From NCBI RefSeq assembly GCF_902459465.1, contig NC_047079.1, positions 5,580,001 to 5,644,000 on the forward strand: a DNA stretch of 64,000 nt, given 5' to 3'. The position numbers and the translations under genes are program-made. The notes beneath the pieces are model-generated. The model saw only the letters and a program-made list of their open reading frames with translations, ran no database searches and was not told where the DNA came from. Position 1 is the first letter of the stretch, and every line of letters starts with the position of its first letter. This DNA comes from Asterias rubens (Eukaryota). Of this stretch, positions 1 to 10,789 are shown piece after piece.

Positions 1-3000
1 ATATAAATGGAGTATCGTTAGCGATATATCTTTGAGATCGGCTTCCTCCGAGTCCATAAGTCCATACCATGGAGGATTGCTGGGCAGAATGACCTGTGGT
101 CAAAAAGGCAAAAGCTGTGAACTTATAAACTCAAGAAACTTTACACCAGCCTTGAAGTTTTTAAGAAATTCACTCATTTAAAGGTAAATCTAAGAGGTAT
201 ATACAAGACTGGTAGACTGGACAAAATAGTCTGTGTTAGTTTATGTGTGATCAACCATAGCAAACATGAAATAACAAAACCTGTGAAAATTTGGGCCTCA
301 TCCGTTGTGCGAGTCTAGTGAGAACCATGCATAGTTATCAGCATGTTTACACAGTCTTTAATTTTGTCCGCAACATCCAAAATCAGCAGTTGTGTTTTTG
401 TTTGATAGTAGTTTTACTGAAATGTGACCTCATTTCAAAGGAAGATATTTCAAAGACATTGTTCTAGTATAAACTTCATGATCAGTAAGCTTTCACACTA
501 AAAATAAACAGAAAATGTATCCTTGACAATCTTATATAATCACTAATGACTTAAGAATTATGAATTATCACTTATGACTTACATTTAGTTGTCTGGCCGA
601 CAAGTAGATGCATGCACAGGCAATCGTCTCAGGCTTATACCTCACAAACACGTCAGTGCGTAAACTGTCGTTCATGTAATTCCTGAATGGGGGAAAAAGA
701 TAGGAAGAAAATTTCATCAACACAGGTCAACCAGCTTCCACAGTACATGTAAATTACCCCTAGTAAGTACTGCTACCATCACTAGGATCCCATTCAGAAC
801 AAGCAATGTCTAAAAAAAAAATTGAATTATTTTTCTTGAAAATGTGTTTGGATACTTGACGAGTCCAACGAAATAATTGATTATCAAAATAAAGTTTTTT
901 TCTTGAACATGATTTGAAAATCAACTGAATGGCACAAAAAACATCTAAATCTAAATTTTTGGTGTGTGGGTCAATAAAAAGTTGATCAAGATTGAAATCT
1001 TTGTTTATTTGTTTCTCTTTTCCGAATAGCCACCTAAAAAATCTTCTCCCCCCCCCCACCTCCAGAAAGCGTCTGAGTTGTTTCGAGTACCAACCATGTC
1101 TGCTTATTGAAAACACTTCATACTTGGCCAAAGACTTTGTGTGACCCCATAACAGACCTTTCATCCACACCATGTCCAGAAAGTGACCCATCCTCATCAA
1201 GGGGGCCCAGGGCGAGTCTATCTCATTCACCCCCATGCTCAGTCCAGCTCCAGCTCACTTCCAAACTTAGCCTACAGTTCGCTCTTTTCCATTCCAACGA
1301 TTATGCCATCAGTTTCAATCCAATATATCAGATGCATTAATGTCATCTTGGTGTAGAGGTGTTCTCTCTACATTTTAAAATTATTTGGATGTTCCATTTT
1401 ACAGGCGTGTCCAATCAATCCAGCGGGTCCAGCAGAAGAGGATGACAAGTGTTACATCGCCCATCAAGATTTCAATTCAAGAAACCTTCCACGATAACAT
1501 ACACTTACCTTTTATGTGTACTGTATCATGGCATACAAAACATGAAACTAATTGTTCACTTATTATTAGCAAACTGAAAAATTTAGATAAACTAAAAGCT
1601 ATTTATCACAAAATTATACAAATATAATTTGGCAGACGCATCAAACACACACTTGACATAACATAAACGGAAAAATAACTTGTACATGTATTTTCACAAA
1701 TCACGACATAATTATGAAACCATTTCCACAGATCCTGGTCACTCGGCGAAGTTCTTGGTTGGAATTTAAAACCAAGTGCTCTTGGAGTAATGCTTCTTGA
1801 AGCTACTACTTGGAGTCTAAGATCCAAGCATTTGCAGACCCTTCCTGTTTAATAGAGCAAGCTTCGTCTCAGGTCCTAGGTTGTTTTTACCAAGCAGAGT
1901 CTCACAGAGTCCCAGTTCTTGTTGGCTTCACCTCGCCACTGAAATTGAAAGTCTCCAAAAGTACCAAACTGCCAAAAATGTTTTTCTAGGGCCAACGTTA
2001 AATTCCATATTCCATGGTACCTTTTTGCATTGGTAACTTGCTTAAGTTTCCTGTTTTCAGTGAATTCTCAAAACGTAACAATAATTTGGTTCGGTCCATA
2101 GAATTCAACTTGGGGGTGGATCAATTACTAACAAAAGTCAGTTCAAAGCAGGCGATCAAGTCTTCTTTGGGCAAGTCTTTTGTTGGCTAAAAATTTGGTT
2201 TGGTTTTTGCTCGGACAGCCTGCGTATATACATGTATTCCTGTATCTACTACGAGGGGGTAAGCCTCACTGTCAAACCTGTTATCACATAGACACTTCAG
2301 TTCATCGTCTGCGGCCGGTGAAACACTCATGGCAGAGCTTTACATGTCAATTGTGCACACTCCTTCAAGAAGTTCTGAATAAACAGTCAATCACGTGAGA
2401 AATAACCAGCGATCCATTCTCAGTTGTCCATATATTTTTAACTCCAGTGATAGTCCGTGTGCTTTAAGTTCCATCCACGGGACGACTCTCGCTGCAAACC
2501 TTAAAGGAAAAAGCTGACAAAGATACCCGTTACTTAACAGAGCACTTTGCTTTAGTTGGAATATTTTTGTAAAAAAGCTGATTCTTAATCTTTAATTGTT
2601 TCATAGATTATTTTTGAAGGTGAGCTTAAAATTAAGTACTATTTGAACATAAAGACTAATTTATCTAACATTAGATTATTTAAATGTTCATTCAATTAAT
2701 GATATATATAATTTTGCCAGAATACACATTATAAATCAAAATAAAGTCATTTGTCAACTCCAGTATTAATTAAATGACTAACAGATAGTTTCTAGGCCTA
2801 CAATATTTTGGAGTCAACATCACTAGAAATAACCAAAATGACCAACTGATTCTAGATCCACTTCTACACTAAACGAATCTCATGATATGATACACTTGAC
2901 AACCTCCCCGCTTTCTTGAGTCGTCCTTGGTGCATTGCCATGGCAACATCCAGAGTTACCAGCAGCATTGTTCACTTAATCGAGAGCTCATACGTGTCCG

Positions 3001-6000
3001 ATGGAATGGAAGGAGTTGAAGTAACTGTGAGGAGTCGAGCATGGGGCGTGAGACGAGAGTAGACTTAACCCGAGTCCCTCCTCCGACACTGAGCCATTGA
3101 GAGGATGGCCAGACTTTCGAACGGATGGAAGGGTGGTCGAACGAAGCCGCTGACCACAAAGTCTTCACAGACTCTCAGCCAGCTACCTTCTTTTATTAGT
3201 TTTACTTACCCCTAGGCCCTTTTGGTACAAAGGAAAGATAAAAAAAACTGTGTAAACATGGGAACTTATCAAATTGACCTGTACATGCGCATTCTCTGGT
3301 GGGGAAAAAAAACAAATGCCACAAAGCAAAGTCTAAACTGAAACGTTTCATGCAGTTTTGGCCCCACTCAATTGACCGTTTGGTCAAGTCTATTTTCAAA
3401 CCTTCATGGCATTGCAACAAATGAACAAATGTTTTGAACGAATGATTGCAAATAAGAAGCAGAGCAGAATTTCATCACAAGATGGCAATATTTCGGCACA
3501 AATTATGAACAAATCGTTAACTCAGTGTCACCCATCGTCCTCCCTTGCTCCCATGATAGCATAATCCCTCTTTACCCCATCCCCCCCCCACATGTCTTCA
3601 GGATGAGACTGAAACACACTGCTTAATCTTCTGCCATTCCAGTTCGATTTGCAGCATGCTTAAAGCAGGCATTGTCAAGCAAGTGATATCAATTAGATCC
3701 TGTGCATGGTGTTTGGTGCTGGCATATTCAGGTACAAACAAATACTCGTCACCTCAGTACAGATAATCGCCCAACTTTAAAATTGCTTAAGAAGGACATC
3801 TGGATTGTTTTTGTTTTCCCCCCAAATAAATGCAGATACAAACTCTCTCGGAAGTTGTGCAACATTCACAGATGAGCTTTAACTAGCAATAGAACAAAAA
3901 GGGGTTTGCAATGTGCAAACTTTTTTCTTAATCAATAAATAAGTGTGTGCTTTTCCATTAAATGTGCATCACAACTGACAACTTAATTAAAAATAATTAT
4001 TTAATAACTTATTTGTTATTTGACTTTTGAAGAAAAAAGAGTTGACGAGTGAGGTTCTAGAAAGTATCTGCTCCAAGCCTGAAACACCGGCCAACAAACA
4101 CCATATCGAGGAGCTAGGGTGAACCACCCAGGCCGAGGGTAACTTACCAGGCAGTCTGCACAAGTTGTGCATTGCGTTCACACTCCAGGACTTGAAGGTA
4201 GGTCACTACCATCTGCAATCGCACCATTAGTGCGAAAGAGACAAGACCAAAAAATAGGTGTGTTAGCTCAATTTACTGATCTCGTTAACAGGTTTAATAA
4301 CAAATAATAAAATCTGTGAAACAACAAAATGCGCATTTTAAGGCTGCTGTTGGCTTTTCTGTGAAGAACTCCTGAATGTAGGGCAAAGGTGAGGTGTACA
4401 TCGATATCGGATTTGTAAGTTGGATTTAGAGTAATGTCTGGGACCAGGACATGATTTGTTACATGTGAATCTTTGAGGGGGCAAGGCCATTTTCCATACT
4501 GCACTTCCATTGAACTCAATTGAAATCTTTAAGTTTTAGGGTACATTTTGATGAAACACAAAAGGCCAAGACATAGCCCATTGCCTCCATGTAATTCACC
4601 CCTGGTTTAAACAGTAAGCGCACTATTTTTCACCAACCCATACAAGAAAAAGTGTAAATATTGAGTTGTTTGTGGCTGGCAAAATATATTAAACATAAAC
4701 AAAATCCAGCACTCGTTGATCAACTTGTCGCAAGAATCTGAAAAACAACTTCCTGAAAAAGCAAAATCTATATGCAGTACAAGTCAGACTACTTTGAATG
4801 TTATTAAAATATACAACGTCTCGAAAGGAAAGGTACCAACCTTGTGTGGGTGCTTGACGTGGACACAGAAGCCCAGCTCCTTGAGAACCCTCCGTTCAGC
4901 TTTGATGACCTGATTCTTCATGTTGAGGTACTTCTGGTCTAGTACCATCGGATCTACAGGTCTGCAGTAGGGAAGATACAAGGATTTGTCTACTACTGGC
5001 TTGATCGTAGTCACCTCAACACTAGGATTTGATGATGTGGCATTTGGTTCACTCAAACAGCTCGTTCTTGTGTGCAATATTGTTTTTTAAAGCTTTTGTT
5101 ATTTTACTATGGCAACTGAAAAGTGGTTCATGGAACATTAAAACTGCTATCTTTCTTTCCTGATTCATTTTTTGTCCATGTCTCACCATTGATTGGACCT
5201 TGTTAAGTTTTTAGCATAACCCACAAATTATCTTCAAGTACCAATTGTAGAAATAATAGATGTTAAATTTGCAACGGGGATAAAGAATATAATATAATTG
5301 TAGAAATGGTTAAATAACAAACCCTGGGATGATATTTTGAGATGTTATTTTCATGATTACTTGGTGCTACATGTATCTAGAGAGATTGGTTTAAGTTCGC
5401 AAAGAAGTTGATATAAGCATGGGGATTCAGACAGATTGAGAATGCAACCTTAAGGCCATGTCACACGAGGCAATTTATAGGCAACCAGTTCCAGGCAATC
5501 TCAACGAAGAAAATCTATTCACATTTCAGCGTTCTCGTTATTTTCTTGGGGATAGTGAGTTTCAGTTAGAACAATGTCTCTTCTGCTTTTTTCAGCATAC
5601 AGTGCAGTTGGTTGCCTCTAACTTGCCTAGAAAATTGCCCCGCGAGGCAAAACCTTTTACAGTAGCCACCCTGCGAGTAATGCTGCGTGTAACAATAGCG
5701 TCAGGGGGAATCGAGTCAGGGTCAGGTGGAAAGAGACTTGCTGAAGGCGACCTGCCGAAGCTAGGACCCTTGCCCAAACCGACAACACTGAAGCCCCAAA
5801 TACCAAGCAACTCTTTTGGGGAATATCACTGGCAAGCAAGGGAGTGGCGTCAGAGTGTCCAGTCTCAGAGTCCGGCCCACCAGCCAGGCCATGGGTTAAT
5901 GACCGGAGAGAGAGATGGCATGTCTCAAGTGTGGCTGGCTGACCATTCGCTGTGGGAAACAACCACAGTGAAGGGAAGAAACGAGTGTTATTTACCCATT

Positions 6001-8982
6001 GATGAAAAAAATAATAATAATAAAAATAACATTGATGCAAAAGAAAAGAATTGCAAGTTAGGAGGAGCACATTTTCAAACAATTAATCAATGAACCTTCA
6101 GTTGCCATAATCAAATTAAAACAAGATGAAATACAATACATATTAGAAATGTTAACATTTAACATTAATATTGAGTTAGTTTTACAGTTTTACATAAACC
6201 AAATGCCACATATCACACAATAATTAACTGTACTGGGAGCTCAATTTTCACAAAGATTAATCTGAAAAAGAGTTGTCAATTTTGTCGCTATTGAAATTTT
6301 GAATTGTGACATCACACTTTGCTTGGCACTCAGGATTGATACACATCATAAGATCAATCTTAGGTCTTTGTGAAATCTAACACATGGCTTGATTTCATAA
6401 ATAGCCATGATTGATCTCAAGATGTGTATCAATCTTAAATGAAGTATGATGACACATTACAATACTAGTGGCGATACTGACAACTCGTCTAAAGATGCAA
6501 CTCGATCCTTTGTGAAATCAAGCCAAGCTGATCTCTCTTGAATCATTAGCTGTGTAAAAAATATGTAGTTAGAATAGTCTACCAAACAAACACCATAACA
6601 GCAATTTCAACATGAATTTTTAGCGAAGTCCCTAATAATCATTTGTTCACAGTTTGGCAAAATATTTGCCCCATACAGCTTAAAAAACAACAACATAACC
6701 AAACAATCTTCTGATTAATTAAAAACAGCATATTCTTTTTAATACTATATTAGATTCAACAGGTTGACTGAAAGAAAGGGACACTCACCTATTGTTTCTT
6801 CGTTGTCTAATGTGATGAAACACATTAATTACATCACGGATGCGTCGAGGGGCTTCCTCAATCTTAGAGGCTAAATTTATACAGGCCATGGCGACAATCT
6901 GGAATGGATCAAGACAAGAAAAATATGGAACAAAATAATAAATTTTCTTTTCTACAAGCATTCTATTACAAATTTTAAGATCACTATTTTTCCAACTCAC
7001 GGGCCTGGAATTTTCAGAGGGCAAAGCCGTTCTAATTTTGCAAAGGGCACTTGCATTGGAAAATGTCAAAGTCGATAAAAAACTTTTGAAGGGGCACCAA
7101 GGCCAAGACAAAAGAGGCCAAGGCCTCTGTGGCCTCCGTAATTTCAGGCCTGACCTCATGGTGCAGACAGAGGACAGAGCTACTCCTAGTCCTCAGGTGT
7201 AATGCGTGGGAGGAGACCATGACTGAGCTGCCTGCCTGCAACGGAAATTATAAGATTGGAGTTGAGGTAGGATGTCCGGCTTGTGGGGCGACATATAAGC
7301 AATGATTTTAATACAAAAGATGAGGTTTTCTCTACTTACCTCCATATTGTGTTTCACAAAGGACTTTGAATAATAAAACCTTTGAAAGATGACTTGACCT
7401 GTAGCCATGGCAACCTGCAAAGAAGAAAAAAAATACTCTTAAGTTTTGAGCAAGTATCAATTAATTCAATTCACTAAATTAAATTCTCTCGGCTCAACTT
7501 TGTTAATACCTGTAATTGAAATTGACAACTAAAAAAAGTATTGATAAGGGCTTAAACCCATTGGACACTTTTGGTAAACAGTAATGTCCATGGCCCACAC
7601 TTTGTGTATCACAACTTCTATATAAAATAACAAACCTGTGAAAATTTAGGCTCAATCGGTCATCGGAGTCGGGAGAAAATAATGGGAAACCCACCCTTGT
7701 TTCCGCACGTTTCGCCGTGTCATGACATGTGTTTAAAATAAATCCGTAATTCTCGGTATCGAGAATTTACATTGTTTTAATGTTTTTACAAAAAGTAAAG
7801 CATTTCATGGAATAATATTTCAAGAGAAGTCTTTCACCATTACCTTCGATAAACCCTGTAAGTGTAAGTTATTGGTAAATCTGTGAACTTTTTATTTTTT
7901 TCTGTAACGAAAGTGTCCAATGGCTTTAAAACTTTTAATAGTGCTTTTACAACAAAAAGAGCGGCCATAATTTTAATTTTTGGTGCAAAAGCGTCTTTAT
8001 GGGGAATAATGGCATGCACCAACATCCAGGCTAATTTAAGTGAGATTTGACGTTTTGACAACTTCAAACTCACTTGTGAATAGCAATTTAGGAGAAACCT
8101 TTTGATTTGTTCATCACACCAACAGGCACAACAAATGTTTTTTTAATTTATGAAGTTTGGAATGAAACAACTTGCATAAACTAAATTTGCATGATTACAA
8201 AAAATACAAATTTATGGGATGCATCACATGTTATTCTTGAAAATGAAGTCTCTCAACCAATCACGTCGACAATCCCACTAATTTAACTGGAAATCCATCC
8301 TATCTATGTTTTCAATTATTAATTAATTCAAATTTGTTTCAAGGGAATCAAGGTCAACTGCTTGATTTAATCCCAAATTTAACTAATTGTAATTCATTTA
8401 TAAAGACATTTCAAGCAATTTATGGATTTTCACAAAAAAAAGTAACTTAGAAGTATGTTCCTTTTCTCTTTTAACAACAAATTACAAAGTTGAAGTTCCT
8501 TTTCTTTGTTAATATTATAGGCCTACTGCGGGCGGCCGGCAGCTTGACACACACATTCGTGCACAAATTTAAACTGGGCCAAGTTTGAATTTGCAGAAGC
8601 AACCTAGTATAAATAACATAACGTATAATTGATGAACATTACAGTTAACAGTTTATTAAAAGATGTTTCAGTTTGAAAAAACCCACACTCCAGTCATCAA
8701 AAATTTAAAATTAAAAACTTCATAAATCGACCACATGACCATGTCGACTTTTTTTGGGCCTCTTTTTCTTACCTGAGGCAGTTTTAACAGGATGCCTGCC
8801 GTTTGAATAAATTCACATCCAAGCACCCTTAGGTTCATTTCCGTCTCTGAATCCAGTCCATCTCGTACCGAAGGAGTTGGGGACAATTTTGACGCTGGAA
8901 TTACACAGTTTTCTAAAGTTATAATTACATCTCCGTAGGTTTTTACAGGCATCGTGTTGTGTTCTTTCTTCACATCCGCCAT
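1..8982 (-). CDS. CCNL1: Cyclin L (CCNL1/2 family), 5' part; coding exons 8982-8773, 7414-7340, 6898-6789, 4961-4841, 4212-4148, 682-583, 93-<1 (continues beyond window)
   Basis: Spliced translation MADVKKEHN...[20 protein letters not shown]|[25 protein letters not shown]|[30 protein letters not shown]...|...[23 protein letters not shown]|[22 protein letters not shown]|[33 protein letters not shown]|[12 protein letters not shown]... is the cyclin L double cyclin box. All junctions are GT-AG, phases are consistent, and exon sizes 75/110/121/65/100 match the vertebrate layout as recalled. L1 versus L2 cannot be distinguished (probably the single pre-duplication gene). Confidence 0.96.
7556..7925. 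mobile_element. TTAA-flanked MITE (Kolobok-like, family B)
   Basis: TTAA on both sides with inverted ends A(C)CCATTGGACAC...GTGTCCAATGGCT. An inverted copy lies at 46030-46438. Confidence 0.8.
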
Positions 8983-10789
8983 GTTGCAGAAAAGAAGGAC
9001 GTTTAATAAACGCACGTACGACGTAACTGAAATATGCATGCGCATCCAAGCGACTAGCAAAGTAGTTCCATCAATTACATCACACAGAGTGACATTGGAC
9101 CAAACATAATAAGATCCTTCTTTATTTCAAAACAAAATTCTTACAAAAGTTTCGATTTTACTAATTTTCATAATTTTATTCATTGACCAAAACGTGACAA
9201 GTTTCAAAGCTTTTGTGCTTTATTTGTTAACGCGGAAGGATATACGAGCTCTTTCAAGTGCCCAGCCTGGTCCTCTGCACCACGCCCGTTTATGAACAAT
9301 GGCATAATCCGAGTACCAGTTACTAGGAATCGTGACGTCATTATTCCAATTAACTAACTGACCCGAACATGTGGGGCGCACTTCTGGGACTTCTGCATGT
9401 CTGTGGCCCGAGAGCGGAGCAATAAACTCCATGGTCTGAAAACACAATTCCGAGCATTTTCTTGCGTCTATTATTTATTACTAAAGCAGGTTACCTGCGC
9501 AACTTTTAAACACAATTTTGTTGGATTGTACAGTTTGTTCGAGGTGTAAATAAACTTGATCTTTTTGTAAATAATTATACAATTTTGTATAATTTACAGT
9601 TTGTGGGAACAAAAATACCCACAAAACCACCATGGGCAAACATATCGAACAAAATTTCCTGATGCGTCTCAAATGTAAAAACTTCTTCACCCAAAGCAGT
9701 TTAAAATGGATTTTTGCCTCAATCTTTTCACAGGGTGGGATGGGCGAGCTTTTTTGGTGTCAGTGATATCATGGAGGAATATTTCCTCCATGGTGATATT
9801 TACCATAACAAGGGAATGGATCGAGTGTCTGCCCACGCCCCCACCTACCCCAGTTTAAATAATGAACAACAAAATTATAATACAACGAACTTGTTATAAT
9901 TTAATATTTTAATGAATATCCAGATAAAGCGTGGATCTCCTCCACGGATAAACACACCCTTTTTAAATGCAAGAAAATCAACAGAATTCTTTTGTTTACA
10001 GTGACAAAATAAATGAGCTTCGGAAAAAGGTGATAAAAGAGAGCTGGCAGCAGGTAGAGATCAATTTCAAGTGAATTAATATGTCAAAGAAAAGAGTTTG
10101 ACAAACAAGATATTTTTTATATCAAAACAAAGACACCTTTGTTCATGGCCTTTTCCTCTAGTGAAGCCTCCAGCAAGTTGGTCAGGCAGACCATTCCCGT
10201 TGGAAATTCCGTCATCAAAATTTGGAACGATGGATAGTGGTGGCTTTGTTGAGAAAAGAGCTGGTTTGTAATGGCAAACTTACCCCCAATTTTCTTTTCC
10301 CAACCACCATTCATAACTTCAAGTTTTACTTAGATAAACTATGCCAGTCTGCAACAAGATGTCACATAGTGTATGCATCTACACAGTACATAGTGTGGAG
10401 AAATTTATAGGCACTCTCCTACCAAAAGCAACAACAAAAATATCAAGTTCACAGCCTACTGATGTAAACAGATCCATCATCTAGAACAGAGATGCTCTAT
10501 TTTTCTCTATGCTCAGGGCAGGCAAGGAGATTCAACAACTTTTTTTGAAGTATGATGTTGCAGGCCTGAATCTTCAAAGAAGGATGGGGCACATTCCTCA
10601 ATGTCATAGATACTTGCCATTCTTGTGGTGCCCCTTGAAATGTCCTAGACAAAACACATCTTTATTTTCTTCAATCAGGTGACCTCCACCAGGGAAATTT
10701 CAAAATACGCCTTGCTCTTTATAATTTGACGGTCGGATATGATGATGCATAAATCATTTAGTGTGATCAGTTGCATCTTTTCAGTTTTA

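Noticed and set aside
760-1236. 158-aa ORF on the cyclin L strand inside intron 5
   Set aside because: No recognisable domain, AT-rich low-complexity codons, and no splice signals joining it in frame to cyclin L.
4100-4147. Intron 5 start can be read as ...SAWVVHP, resembling the recalled human cyclin L1-beta tail (AWVVHD), and carries small hairpins over the donor
   Set aside because: It is out of frame with exon 5 and has no acceptor. A four-to-five residue match is within chance.
5458-6093. Longest ORF in the track (211 aa, + strand)
   Set aside because: It starts inside a MITE, ends in A-rich low complexity, and is antisense to the cyclin L intron. The GC-rich middle is better explained as a minus-strand cassette exon.
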